Shown here piece after piece: positions 1 to 9,208 of a stretch of DNA of 62,698 bases. The notes under the pieces are model-generated. The model saw only the letters and a program-made list of their open reading frames with translations, was not told where the DNA came from and searched no databases. Positions within the stretch are counted from its first letter, which is position 1, and every line of letters begins with the position of its first letter. A program made the translations under genes and the position numbers. The stretch covers positions 1 to 62,698 of the forward strand of contig CALELF010000144.1 in NCBI GenBank assembly GCA_937902895.1, written 5' to 3'. Origin of the DNA: an uncultured Synergistaceae bacterium (lineage in GTDB: Bacteria; Synergistota; Synergistia; Synergistales; Synergistaceae).

Positions 1-67
1 AGAGAGTATAGATGATGTTGAAGCTAAGATTGAAACTATGATGAATGAAATTAAAAGAAAGAAAAAA

Positions 68-105
68 GCCGTTTTGAAAAATAATTTCAAAACGACTTTT
101 TCTTT
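68..105 (-). terminator. Rho-independent hairpin (reads as a terminator on both strands) downstream of the amidase gene
   Basis: Stem CGTTTTGAAA (70-79) pairs with TTTCAAAACG (85-94) around a 5-nt loop. An A-run lies on the left and a T-run on the right. It starts about 30 nt past the amidase stop codon. Confidence 0.55.
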
Positions 106-127
106 TATTTCAGAAAAATTTTATTTG

Positions 128-1729
128 CTATTTGCGTGTAAAGGTTGGGAAACGGTCGTCCTTATAAAGCTGTGGCAAAATTTTTGAAAGTCCCATTGCG
201 ACACGGAATGCGTCTAGATCTTGATACACATTTCCTATGACCTGAACTCCTATTGGAATATTCTTGCTAGATAATGAAACGGGCGTTGCCACTATTGGGT
301 AGGCAAAAAGCAAATTCCAAGGGAAGGTCATAAAGACCTGGCCACCAAATGCAGGAATTCCATTTATGAGAGCTGCCTTTTCGGGAGTAGCTTCATAATC
401 TGCTGGCACAAATGGTGTTGAAAAAACTGGCGTGATGAGAGCAATACAGCCTTCTGAAAAAACACGTTCTTGAACTTCATTGTGCAACTCTTTGGTAAGT
501 GCTTCTGCATTTGCAAGCTGAATAGAGCCAGGCTCGTCTGTGTTTTTGTAAAAACCATTTAAGACATTAGTAACATAGGAACACAGCTTGTCCTCATTGC
601 CCGCAATAGCCCCAAACATTGACCCTATACCACTCGCCAAAAGAGCCTTACCATAGGTTTCGTATGTGTCACATGTCCAACTGAGTTTTACCTCAATAAC
701 CTCTGCTCCTGCTTTCTTCAAAGCTTCTACAACCTTATCAAGGGCTTCTCTTTCTTCTTTGTCAATTCCACCGCTAACCCAGTGGTCAAAGTAATCAACA
801 GCAATTTTTACTCCCTTTAAGTCTTCATATTCTTTTGGATATTCCAACTTTGGACTAATTGCCCCCATGTCTCTCGTAGATGGACCGGTGATGATATTTT
901 GAACTAGGATTAAATCCTCTATTGTCCTTGCCTGTGCGCCTATTGTGCAATACTGTGTAAAGCCAGCCTGTGCCACACGTCCAAATGGGGAACGGAAGCC
1001 ATAGACACCACACATTGAGGACGGAATACGAATGGAACCACCCATATCGCTACCGGTTGACAAGGTGCAAAAACCACCGGCAAGGGCAGCACAGGAGCCA
1101 CCAGATGAACCGCCAACACCATAATTTTCATTCCAAGGATTTCTCGTTACGCCGTAAAGACGCGACCAAGTCATAATGCTAACCCAAAATTCTGGAACTG
1201 TTGTCTGAAAAACGAATATTGCACCTGCATCGCGGAGTTTTTCTATCATTGGGTCGTCCATTCTTGCTGGCTCTGCATTAGCACAAACTAATGACCCAGC
1301 ATCTACAACCCAACCCCTTACAGCATTGTCATCTTTTACAGCGATAGTAACACCTTCCAGAGGACGAGCAGTGCCTTCCTTGTAGCGTTTTTCTGCTTCC
1401 TTTGCCTGCTCTAGAGCTTCCTCGTAATTTTCAAAGGTTATGGCGTTTACCTTGCCATTGAAATTAAGGTAATCTGGAGCTTCTTTCTTGCCTGAAGCAA
1501 CCTTTCCATTATACTCTTTTATCATTTCAAGCTGTGCTTTTAACACGTCCACAGGCGAGAGCTCTCCGCTCTTGAATTTCTCAATCTGCTCTGTTGCAGA
1601 CATATAGGCAAGGTCTTTCACGCTGTTTGATACACCCCCAAAGGGATTGAAATAAAGCAGACCAAAAAAGACAATTAAGAAAACGATAATCGCAAAAACA
1701 GTGCTTTTTGAAAACTTTGGAAATTTCAT
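128..1729 (-). CDS. Amidase-signature family amidase with an N-terminal membrane anchor
   Basis: 533-aa ORF. The amidase signature is present: IAVKDD (Lys), GGSSGGS (cis-Ser) and GSDMGGSIRIPS (nucleophile Ser). The N-terminus KSTVFAIIVFLIVFFGLLYF is a single TM or signal anchor. A GGAGGAG RBS lies just upstream of the ATG. Confidence 0.85.
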   Translation of the reverse strand: MKFPKFSKSTVFAIIVFLIVFFGLLYFNPFGGVSNSVKDLAYMSATEQIEKFKSGELSPVDVLKAQLEMIKEYNGKVASGKKEAPDYLNFNGKVNAITFENYEEALEQAKEAEKRYKEGTARPLEGVTIAVKDDNAVRGWVVDAGSLVCANAEPARMDDPMIEKLRDAGAIFVFQTTVPEFWVSIMTWSRLYGVTRNPWNENYGVGGSSGGSCAALAGGFCTLSTGSDMGGSIRIPSSMCGVYGFRSPFGRVAQAGFTQYCTIGAQARTIEDLILVQNIITGPSTRDMGAISPKLEYPKEYEDLKGVKIAVDYFDHWVSGGIDKEEREALDKVVEALKKAGAEVIEVKLSWTCDTYETYGKALLASGIGSMFGAIAGNEDKLCSYVTNVLNGFYKNTDEPGSIQLANAEALTKELHNEVQERVFSEGCIALITPVFSTPFVPADYEATPEKAALINGIPAFGGQVFMTFPWNLLFAYPIVATPVSLSSKNIPIGVQVIGNVYQDLDAFRVAMGLSKILPQLYKDDRFPTFTRK

Positions 1730-1790
1730 TTTTTACTCCTCCTTGATTTGTTTTTTAGACAAGTAAATCCGTCGCAAAAATGCAAGATAC

Positions 1791-1826
1791 AAAAAAGTCG
1801 TTTTGAAAAACAATTCAAAACGACTT
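1791..1826 (-). terminator. Rho-independent terminator of the upstream membrane-protein gene
   Basis: Stem GTCGTTTTGAA (1797-1807) pairs with TTCAAAACGAC (1814-1824). On the - strand it is followed by TTTTTT. It is nearly identical in sequence to the hairpin at 68-96. Confidence 0.6.
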
Positions 1827-1845
1827 AATTTCTGTTTAACAAATT

Positions 1846-2334
1846 TTATTTAAGCAAATTCACCAAGATTGTAGCAAGGAACGTGATTGCCTGCAAGCCA
1901 ATAAAGACAGACACAGACAACTTTGCAGCCAAGGCAAAGGCCACGTTACCACCCGCAGCTTCATACTTTGTCGCAGAACGCCACACACCAAAAAGGCACA
2001 TTGCATTGTAAATGATAAGGACAAAATTCAAAAGCTGACCAAGGTATGTTGAAATTGCTGAAATGATAGGCACAACAATGAAGAAGCCAACTATTGAAAT
2101 CAGTGCCCAATAAACCCAAAATGTAACGCCAAGATCCAAATCACCGCGAAGCATTTCGCCAAAACGACCTGGCTGTTTGACAAACTCAAACGTCTTTTTT
2201 GCTTCCGCTGTTGCTTTTCCCTTTACATCTTCAAATTTCTGTTTTGTTTCATCATTGAAGATCTTACCAAAAAAGCCCCTCTTTTTATCTCCTGACTGCT
2301 GCTCTGGTGAAAAGTTTGTTTCCTGCTGATCCAT
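1846..2334 (-). CDS. Hypothetical integral membrane protein (soluble Lys/Glu-rich N-terminus plus 3-4 TM helices)
   Basis: I moved the start to ATG 2334 (MDQQETNF), which has an AGGAGA RBS 8-9 nt upstream at 2343-2348. The ORF-track start at 2418 has no RBS. Hydrophobic segments include VTFWVYWALISIVGFFIVVPIISAI, LNFVLIIYNAMCLFGVW and LSVSVFIGLQAITFLATILV. Confidence 0.6.
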   Translation of the reverse strand: MDQQETNFSPEQQSGDKKRGFFGKIFNDETKQKFEDVKGKATAEAKKTFEFVKQPGRFGEMLRGDLDLGVTFWVYWALISIVGFFIVVPIISAISTYLGQLLNFVLIIYNAMCLFGVWRSATKYEAAGGNVAFALAAKLSVSVFIGLQAITFLATILVNLLK

Positions 2335-2497
2335 GGTGATACTCTCCTTATTTAGTAATTTATTACGCCTGAATTGCGTGGCAATTATTGTAGCATAGAT
2401 GAAAAAAAATGCAAACATTTTTTTTCAAATTTTTAAAAAAAATACATATTTGTGTTAAACTTATTCAAGAAAAGTTTTGATACATGAGGTAATTTGA

Positions 2498-2977
2498 ATG
2501 ACTGACCCAGTTAAGAAGGTGCAAACGCACCTTAACAGCACTTCCTGCTCGTCAAAGATTATACACACGGAAGAAACAATCTTTACCGTTACAGACGCAT
2601 CTCGTGCAGTAAGTGCACCAGAAGAAGAAATCTTAAAAAGCATAATCCTACGCATTGACCACGGAGCAAGCCATGCACTTGCCCTCATGAGTGGCGTAAA
2701 CAGGGTTGATACAAAAAAAGTGCGTCATGCACTCGGAGCAAAACACGCCTCTTTTGAAAGTGGGGAAGTGTGCGAAACGTTGTTTGGCTTCAAACCCGGT
2801 GGCGTGCCACCAGTTGGTTATGACGAGCCAATCACAGCACTGCTTGACTCTGATCTTTGGAAATACGACACAGTTTGGGCAGCTGCTGGGACAGACCACG
2901 ATTTTTTCCCAATTTCGCCAGACGAGCTACTGCGCATAACTAACGGTCAAAAAGCAGACATTGCAAAGGAACAATAG
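2498..2977 (+). CDS. YbaK/EbsC-type aminoacyl-tRNA editing (deacylase) domain protein
   Basis: 159 aa. The layout is typical of the family: KSIILR...HALALMSG..RVD.KK....GAK...FESGEVCETLFGFKPGGVPPVG. A GAGG RBS lies 8 nt upstream of the ATG. Confidence 0.7.
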   Translation: MTDPVKKVQTHLNSTSCSSKIIHTEETIFTVTDASRAVSAPEEEILKSIILRIDHGASHALALMSGVNRVDTKKVRHALGAKHASFESGEVCETLFGFKPGGVPPVGYDEPITALLDSDLWKYDTVWAAAGTDHDFFPISPDELLRITNGQKADIAKEQ

Positions 2978-2996
2978 TTAAAGGAGGACTTATAAA

Positions 2997-3611
2997 ATGA
3001 ATGAGAAGGCTATGTTTAAAATTTCTTATGGGCTCTTTGTCTTGACAGCACAGGAAAATAACATCGATAACGGCTGCATTGTTAATACTGTGGGACAGGT
3101 GACAAACACACCAAACAGAATTTCTGTCACGGTGAACAAGCAAAACCATACACATGATATGATTTCTCGCACCGGTGTCTTTAACGTGTCCATTTTGGCA
3201 GAGGATTCAAAATTTGACACCTTCAAACATTTTGGCTTCCAAAGCGGTAAAGATGTCAAAAAATTTGAAGGGCAAATCCCTGTCACCTTTGCACGCTCGG
3301 GAAATGGACTTTGCTACATTTTGGACGGATGCAATTCATACATTTCTGCTCGTGTGATATCCTCAACAGACCTTGGCACACACACAATGTTCATAGCAGA
3401 TGTGACAGACTGCGAAATTTTGACAGAAACACCATCTGTAACCTACAACTTTTACCAATCACACATCAAACCAGCACCGACACCACAAAAGAAAAAAGGC
3501 TTTGTCTGCACAATTTGTGGCTACATATACGAGGGAGACACCTTACCAAGCGACTTTATATGCCCTTGGTGCAAACATCCGGCAAGTGACTTTATCCCAA
3601 TTGAAAATTGA
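2997..3611 (+). CDS. Flavin reductase-like domain fused to a C-terminal rubredoxin (high-molecular-weight rubredoxin type)
   Basis: The C-terminus FVCTICGYIYEGDTLPSDFICPWCKHP carries the rubredoxin CxxCG...CPxC motif. The N-terminal ~150 aa (ISYGLFVLTA....NGCIVNTVGQVT..P..ISV.VNK.N.THD) look like the flavin-reductase fold. A strong AAAGGAGGA RBS is present. Confidence 0.8.
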   Translation: MNEKAMFKISYGLFVLTAQENNIDNGCIVNTVGQVTNTPNRISVTVNKQNHTHDMISRTGVFNVSILAEDSKFDTFKHFGFQSGKDVKKFEGQIPVTFARSGNGLCYILDGCNSYISARVISSTDLGTHTMFIADVTDCEILTETPSVTYNFYQSHIKPAPTPQKKKGFVCTICGYIYEGDTLPSDFICPWCKHPASDFIPIEN

Positions 3612-3624
3612 AAGCTAAAAAGGT

Positions 3625-3665
3625 AAAAGGCAAGCAGTGAAATTTACACTGCTTGCCTTTTGTTT
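3625..3665. terminator. Bidirectional terminator between convergent genes
   Basis: A perfect 15-bp stem AAAAGGCAAGCAGTG (3625-3639) pairs with CACTGCTTGCCTTTT (3647-3661) around a 7-nt loop. It has A-runs and T-runs on both sides. Confidence 0.8.
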
Positions 3666-3675
3666 TGTTAAAATT

Positions 3676-4395
3676 TTAGTGGGTTGGTGCGTCGTCAAGG
3701 AAGAGCATGTGACAGCCCCCCATTTGCCAATATAAACATTTTTCATGTGCACAGGGGATACAGCGAATCGGCTTTGTTTTATGTGCCTTTTCACCCAAAA
3801 AGAAGAAGGCGCATTTTGTCTTTGCAGGGTTCAAAAAACAACTCTCATTTGCAGAAACTCCTAATATATCCCCTGCACCGGTAATTTCTAAAACTCGTGG
3901 CACAAATTTCAAGGGGAAAACCTTAAGCCCAGGGTAATATTCTGCACAAACAAAACGAGACGCCCCACGAGAATGAGCAGAAAGCCAATCAATAAGATTG
4001 TGTCTTATGTTACGTAGGGCAACGGAGCCTGCTACATCAAGCATAAGGCCAGCAGTAAGTTGACCACTTTCCATAAGGCTTGCCACACTTTTTTCAAGTG
4101 CGTCTCCTATTGTCCAAACTACGGCATAAACCTTTTGTGCTCCACAAAATAATTCGTCTTTAAGGTTAAAACCAAACTCCGCAATTTCTGCTTTGCTTAA
4201 TTGCTTTGCAACAACACGAGGCACAAAAAATTTATTTTTTCCGCCTGCTTCCCAGTTTTTTTTGAAGGCAGAATAATCCCCTTGCCTTGATGAAATTTGA
4301 CTTGCATAAAATTCATCAAGCGAAGTTAAGTTCGCCTCGCAGGGGAGTAAGACTTTTTTCTTTTTGTTTTTCAAAGTCCAATAGGTTAATTCCAT
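3676..4395 (-). CDS. Vitamin-B12-dependent methionine synthase activation-domain-like protein (tentative)
   Basis: I moved the start to ATG 4395 (MELTYW), which has an AAGGAG RBS at 4401-4406. The middle region (GLMLDVAGSVALRNI...) resembles the MetH reactivation-domain family that often sits next to RACo-type activators. The C-terminus has a Cys cluster, CIPCAHEKCLYWQMGGCH. The call rests on memory and context only. Confidence 0.45.
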   Translation of the reverse strand: MELTYWTLKNKKKKVLLPCEANLTSLDEFYASQISSRQGDYSAFKKNWEAGGKNKFFVPRVVAKQLSKAEIAEFGFNLKDELFCGAQKVYAVVWTIGDALEKSVASLMESGQLTAGLMLDVAGSVALRNIRHNLIDWLSAHSRGASRFVCAEYYPGLKVFPLKFVPRVLEITGAGDILGVSANESCFLNPAKTKCAFFFLGEKAHKTKPIRCIPCAHEKCLYWQMGGCHMLFLDDAPTH

Positions 4396-4423
4396 ATTTG
4401 CTCCTTCATATCCCAATTGTTAG

Positions 4424-5995
4424 TTAAAAATCAAGAGAATTTATAAAATCAGTCTTAAAATCTGCTTCATTTGCCAAATTTATTGTTGTCACTTTTTGTG
4501 ACAGGTCCGTTGCCCGTGCCAAGAAATCATCTTCAAAAAGAGCCTTTATTGCACCCAACAAGGAAGTGTTTTTCGCACTTATCACTTCTGAATTGCATGA
4601 AGGTAAAAGCCCAATTTTTCTTGCGTTTTTGATATTTATAAAATTGCCAAACGCACCGGCTAAATAAATTTTGTTTAATGACTCTTCCCTTTTGGCTGTT
4701 CTTTTTAAGAGAATTTTTGTCCCCGCCTTTATTGAAGCTATCACAAGTTGAAGGGAGCGAATGTCTTTTTGAGTAATACAAACTTTTTCTTCTTCGGCTA
4801 ATGTGACTTGCAAAACTCCATCTTCATTGCGGTAAACCAAGGGGTTATCCTCATTCAAACTGCCATTTAGCAGCATGATACCATTTTCAAGAAAAACCGC
4901 AAGGCAATCTATCATGCCAGAGCCACAAAGCCCAATAGCCTTTTTGTCACCAATAGTGTTGCTAACAAGGCGATTGTTCTCAAAAGACACAGAACAAATT
5001 GCACCTTCAACAGCCCTCACACCCTGTGAAATTTCTGCTCCCTCAAAGGCTGGACCGGCAGCAGTTGAAGTGGCAAAAATTTGCCCCTCTGCCAACAATG
5101 CCATTTCGTTATTTGTGCCAAGGTCAATAAAGAGAGCAGTTTCATTTTTGTCTTTGCAATCAAAATCAAGTGCAGTTAAGCCAGATGTAATATCTCCGCC
5201 AACAAAGGCAGATATGTTTGGCACAAGGTAAATTAGTGCATTGGCAAATAATAAACCGATTTCTTTCGCATGAACGGGAGAATGACACAAAAACGAGGGC
5301 TTATAGGGGGGGCTTCCCATTGAAGAGGGAGAACACCCAACAAATATGTGTTGCATGACGGTATTGCCACTCACAACAATTTTTGTTATGTCCTCTTTTG
5401 TTTTGTCATTTTGACACAGAATGCCTGTTATAGATTCATAAAGTGAATTATGCAAAAGGCGTTGCATTTTCCGAAGGCTTGCCACATCATTTGTGACAGA
5501 AGCAATGCGTGACATAACGTCACTTCCAAACGAAGCTTGTGGATTAGCAAAAGAAACACACCCTATTAGTTTTTCATCTGCCATATCAAAAACAGTGGCA
5601 ACAACACTGGTCGTTCCAAGATCAACTACCACACCAAGCCCAAAAGCATTTTTGCTGTTTTCTTTGACTCTAAACGGCAAAACATCATCAAGTATTTTGA
5701 TTTTATTTTCACTGAATGAATTTTCAATCACAAGATCACTTTGCGCTCTTGCCATACATGCTAGGCGAAATCCTGCTTTTAGCTCTTGTTCACTCAAAAA
5801 TTGTTTTTCTGTTTGTGTAACGTCTGACACAGAGCCTTGCAATATTTTTACTCGACAGGCTCCACACACACCAGCACCACCACAATGACTGGCAAGACAA
5901 ATTCCATTTTCATCTACCACACTCTTTATGGTAGTGTCATAATCTGCTGAAACAATCTTATTTTCTTTTACAAAATTTAACGTGAGCTTTTGCAA
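4424..5995 (-). CDS. RACo-like corrinoid activation protein (2Fe-2S ferredoxin domain plus ASKHA/DUF4445 ATPase)
   Basis: The N-terminal plant-type ferredoxin motif is CGGAGVCGACRV. An ASKHA-like phosphate loop follows (GLGVVVDLGTTSVVATVFD, later FIDLGTNNEMAL). I propose a TTG start at 5995 with GGAG 6 nt upstream. The ORF-track start at 6052 would put the N-terminus inside the pdxK terminator hairpin. Confidence 0.75.
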   Translation of the reverse strand: MQKLTLNFVKENKIVSADYDTTIKSVVDENGICLASHCGGAGVCGACRVKILQGSVSDVTQTEKQFLSEQELKAGFRLACMARAQSDLVIENSFSENKIKILDDVLPFRVKENSKNAFGLGVVVDLGTTSVVATVFDMADEKLIGCVSFANPQASFGSDVMSRIASVTNDVASLRKMQRLLHNSLYESITGILCQNDKTKEDITKIVVSGNTVMQHIFVGCSPSSMGSPPYKPSFLCHSPVHAKEIGLLFANALIYLVPNISAFVGGDITSGLTALDFDCKDKNETALFIDLGTNNEMALLAEGQIFATSTAAGPAFEGAEISQGVRAVEGAICSVSFENNRLVSNTIGDKKAIGLCGSGMIDCLAVFLENGIMLLNGSLNEDNPLVYRNEDGVLQVTLAEEEKVCITQKDIRSLQLVIASIKAGTKILLKRTAKREESLNKIYLAGAFGNFINIKNARKIGLLPSCNSEVISAKNTSLLGAIKALFEDDFLARATDLSQKVTTINLANEADFKTDFINSLDF

Positions 5996-6035
5996 TTTTT
6001 TCTCCAATTTATATAACAAAATAGCTGGGATAAAC

Positions 6036-6072
6036 AAAAAGCCACAAAGCATCTATTGCCTGTGGCTTTTTT
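6036..6072 (-). terminator. Rho-independent terminator of pdxK
   Basis: GCCACA (6041-6046) pairs with TGTGGC (6061-6066), flanked by AAAAA and TTTTTT. On the - strand the hairpin is followed by a T-run immediately after the pdxK stop. Confidence 0.6.
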
Positions 6073-6073
6073 A

Positions 6074-6904
6074 TTATTTAAGGTTTTCTATCAAATAAGG
6101 CAGAGCCTCTTCAAAGTTGACGCCATAATCACGACGAGCCTCATCATCCCTCGTATATTTCATAGATAGATATGTAAAGTCTGTTGCCATCTTTAAAGCC
6201 TCAAAATCACTCTTGCCACGAAGTGCTGCACCCACAGCAACGGAACTGAATATGTCACCTGTGCCGTGGTAAGCAAAGGGAAGCTTTGAGCCATAGTAAT
6301 TAGAAAATTCTTTTGATTCTGCATCATACATATAAAAGCCTATTTCGTCCTTTGCAAAGCCTATGCCAGTCAAGACAGATTTCTTAACTCCAAGCTCAGA
6401 CAAACGGATAAGAAGATGTTTTATATAATCTTCGTTATAACTCTCTTTGTATTCTTCATGGAGCATAAAACAGGCTTCTGTAATATTTGGAAGCACCATA
6501 TAGGCACCACGACACATTTCACGTGTCATATCCGCATACTCTTGATCAAAACCTGTATATAACTTGCCATAGTCACCCATTGCAGGGTCGATAAAAATTT
6601 GTGTGCCACGCTTTGCCTGTGATTCAATAAAGCTCACAGTCTGCTTCACCAAGTTTTGTGAACCTAGGTAACCAGTATAGACTGCATCAAAGTCAAGTGA
6701 CAACTTGCTCCACATATTAACTATTGGAGAATACTCACTTGTTAAATCACAAAATGTAAAATCTGAAAAGGCGGTATGGTTTGACAATAGTGCCGTGGGG
6801 AGCGCTGCACACTCCACACCACAAGCAGAAATAATCGGCAATGCAACAGTCAAAGAGCAACGCCCAACACAAGAAAAATCCTGAATTGTTATTAAACGTT
6901 TCAT
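6074..6904 (-). CDS. pdxK: Pyridoxal/pyridoxamine kinase
   Basis: 276 aa. The N-terminus MKRLITIQDFSCVGRCSLTVALPIISACGVE..ALPTALLSNHT and the GYLGS and DP.MGD motifs are typical of the ribokinase-fold PdxK/PdxY family. Confidence 0.8.
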   Translation of the reverse strand: MKRLITIQDFSCVGRCSLTVALPIISACGVECAALPTALLSNHTAFSDFTFCDLTSEYSPIVNMWSKLSLDFDAVYTGYLGSQNLVKQTVSFIESQAKRGTQIFIDPAMGDYGKLYTGFDQEYADMTREMCRGAYMVLPNITEACFMLHEEYKESYNEDYIKHLLIRLSELGVKKSVLTGIGFAKDEIGFYMYDAESKEFSNYYGSKLPFAYHGTGDIFSSVAVGAALRGKSDFEALKMATDFTYLSMKYTRDDEARRDYGVNFEEALPYLIENLK

Positions 6905-6922
6905 TCTTTTGCCTCTAACTTT

Positions 6923-7366
6923 TTATTTTGTTTCCTGTCCTTCAATTATTTTTTGCAAATCTTTCAGTGTGTAATGTTTGCCACTGTTCATTCCTGGACA
7001 ACGAGAAGCATAAAAATTCCATTCTTCTTCGTCATAAAGCATTGATTTCCAAAATGGAAACTCTCTGCACTGACTTGGTCTTACAGGATAAATGGAGCAA
7101 CGATCGTTTTTCAAAAAGACGCAATCGTAATTTTGTTCACTTGGCAGTTCCTTTATGCTCCACTTTCCCTTGACATAACGCAAATATAATTTTTCCAGTT
7201 CTTCTATTGTAATGCCAAGATGACCTGCCATTGCTAGCTTTTCATCTTCTGAAAGCCAGATGAAACCAGTCTCGCCCCCGCAACATTTTCCACACATTTT
7301 ACAGGTGAAATAAACACCGTCATTACACCAAAAACAATTTGTTTTTTTGTTATCTTTTTTATCCAT
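6923..7366 (-). CDS. YkgJ-family (UPF0153) cysteine-cluster protein
   Basis: The motif is CKMCGKCCGGETG (CxxCxxCC), followed later by C..L...RC.IY..RP..CR.FP. The start ATG 7366-7364 overlaps the mreB stop as TAATG, so the two are translationally coupled. The longer ORF-track N-terminus overlaps mreB. Confidence 0.7.
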   Translation of the reverse strand: MDKKDNKKTNCFWCNDGVYFTCKMCGKCCGGETGFIWLSEDEKLAMAGHLGITIEELEKLYLRYVKGKWSIKELPSEQNYDCVFLKNDRCSIYPVRPSQCREFPFWKSMLYDEEEWNFYASRCPGMNSGKHYTLKDLQKIIEGQETK

Positions 7367-8409
7367 TAATACTTCATGTAGTTTGAAGAATTTCCAGAGA
7401 AAACTGTGCCACACCTTGAGAAGAAATCGAGTGATTCAAGAACCTTACCCGTTCCCTTTGCAACACAATCGATTGCATCCTCTGCAACATAAGCAAAAAC
7501 GCCAGTTTCTCTTTTTATTCTCTCTGGCAAACCAGTTAAATATGCACCGCCACCAGTTAAAAGAATACCATTCTCCAAAATATCAGATGCAAGTTCTGGA
7601 GCCGTATTTTGAAACACCTGTTTTATCGCTTGTATAATTTGATTAACTGCATCATCAAGAGCTTCTAGAACATCTTCAGACGTAATAACTAGTTTTGTTG
7701 GAAGTCCGGAAATCGTGTCTCTACCACGAACTTCTTTTCTATCCGTATCAGGCTTGATTCCAGCTTCAACTGTAGCAATTTCTTTCTTAATTGCCTCGAT
7801 TGTTTGGTCACCAATCTCTGTATGATATTTTTTCTTAATATAACGAGCAATTTCTGAATCAAACTTATCTCCGGCAACTCGGAGGCTAGTACCCTCAACA
7901 ATGCCACCAAGAGAAATGACAGCAACGTCTGTCGTGCCACCACCTATGTCAACTACCATACTACCAACTGGCTCAGCCACAGGCAAGTCGGCACCTATTG
8001 CTGCTGCTAACGGTTCTTCAATTAAATAAGCTTCTCCTGCACCAGCAGCAACAGCTGCTTCTAACGCAGCACGGCGCTCAACATCTGTTGCACCAGACGG
8101 AACGCCAATTACAAGGCGGTGACGAGAAAATCTCTCAAAGCCTTTTAGCACCCTCTTCATAAAATAAGAAAGCATTGCTCTAGTCATAGTATAGTTTGCA
8201 ATAACTCCATCACGAAGTGGTCTGACTGCTGTAATACTGCCAGGAGTTCTTCCTATCGTTATTTTTGCCTCTGCACCAACTGCAATAATTTTTTTGTTAC
8301 TTTGATTAACGGCAACAACTGAAGGCTCACGCAAAACAATCCCCTTGCCCTTCATATAAACAAGAACCACAGCAGTTCCTAGGTCTATTCCAATATCTCT
8401 ATTAAACAT
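7366..8409 (-). CDS. mreB: Rod-shape-determining actin homologue MreB
   Basis: The sequence is unmistakable: DIGIDLGTA...V.EPSVVA, GVPSGAT.VERRA, VVDIGGGTTDVAVISLGGIV and ILLTGGGA.L.GL. Confidence 0.95.
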   Translation of the reverse strand: MFNRDIGIDLGTAVVLVYMKGKGIVLREPSVVAVNQSNKKIIAVGAEAKITIGRTPGSITAVRPLRDGVIANYTMTRAMLSYFMKRVLKGFERFSRHRLVIGVPSGATDVERRAALEAAVAAGAGEAYLIEEPLAAAIGADLPVAEPVGSMVVDIGGGTTDVAVISLGGIVEGTSLRVAGDKFDSEIARYIKKKYHTEIGDQTIEAIKKEIATVEAGIKPDTDRKEVRGRDTISGLPTKLVITSEDVLEALDDAVNQIIQAIKQVFQNTAPELASDILENGILLTGGGAYLTGLPERIKRETGVFAYVAEDAIDCVAKGTGKVLESLDFFSRCGTVFSGNSSNYMKY

Positions 8410-8458
8410 ATTAACAATCCCCTTGCTAAAAAATTTATTCCTTTTATAAAAACTTACG

Positions 8459-9208
8459 TTAACCGAGGCTCATGCCCCCATCAACCGTAATCACTTGCCC
8501 CTGTATGTAGTTTGAGGCATCTTTTGCCAAGAAAGAAACAACATTTGCAACATCTTCTGGCGTGCCGGCTCTGCCATTTGGTATACGTTGGATACTCGCT
8601 TCTTTTATGGCATCTGGCAATGTGGCTGTCATATCTGTTGCAATAAATCCAGGAGCAACAACATTTGCCGTTATGCCACGACTTGCAACTTCTTTTGCCA
8701 AAGATTTGATGTAACCTATCACACCGGCCTTTGATGCCGCGTAATTTGCCTGTCCAGCATTGCCCATCATTCCAACAATGGAAGAAATTGCAATAACACG
8801 ACCAAAACGATTTTTCATCATATTACGAAGCACTGCTTTTGTTAAATAGAAAAGCGAGGACAAGTTCGTTTCTATTACATCATGCCAAGCTTCATCTTTC
8901 ATTCTCATTACCAGAGTATCACGGGTGATTCCTGCATTCGCGACCAATATATCAATAGTGCCACACTCTTGCTCTATGAGTGAAAACATTTTTGCAACTT
9001 CTGCCTCTTGTGACACATTGCACTTATAGGCACGTCCCTCTTGACCATTTGACTCAAGTTCCGCTAAAAGTTCCTTTGCCGCTGTCTCACTACTGGCAAA
9101 ATTCACAATGACAAGGTAGCCATCTGATGCAAATTTTTTTGCAATTCCACGCCCAATGCCTCTTGTCCCACCAGTAACCAGAGCAATTTTTTTGCCATCT
9201 TTTGTCAT
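8459..9208 (-). CDS. fabG: 3-oxoacyl-[ACP] reductase
   Basis: SDR motifs are present: VTGGTRGIGRGIA (TGxxxGxG), NAGI and YAASKAG (YxxxK). It abuts the fabD stop (TAAATG). Confidence 0.9.
   Translation of the reverse strand: MTKDGKKIALVTGGTRGIGRGIAKKFASDGYLVIVNFASSETAAKELLAELESNGQEGRAYKCNVSQEAEVAKMFSLIEQECGTIDILVANAGITRDTLVMRMKDEAWHDVIETNLSSLFYLTKAVLRNMMKNRFGRVIAISSIVGMMGNAGQANYAASKAGVIGYIKSLAKEVASRGITANVVAPGFIATDMTATLPDAIKEASIQRIPNGRAGTPEDVANVVSFLAKDASNYIQGQVITVDGGMSLG

Noticed and set aside
2-186. An open frame at the left edge (…ESIDDVEAKIETMMNEIKRKKKAVLKNNF…) that could be the 3' end of an upstream + strand gene.
   Set aside because: The frame reads through the terminator hairpin and into the amidase gene before stopping, so its true stop cannot be defined. 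The sequence is too short and truncated to call.
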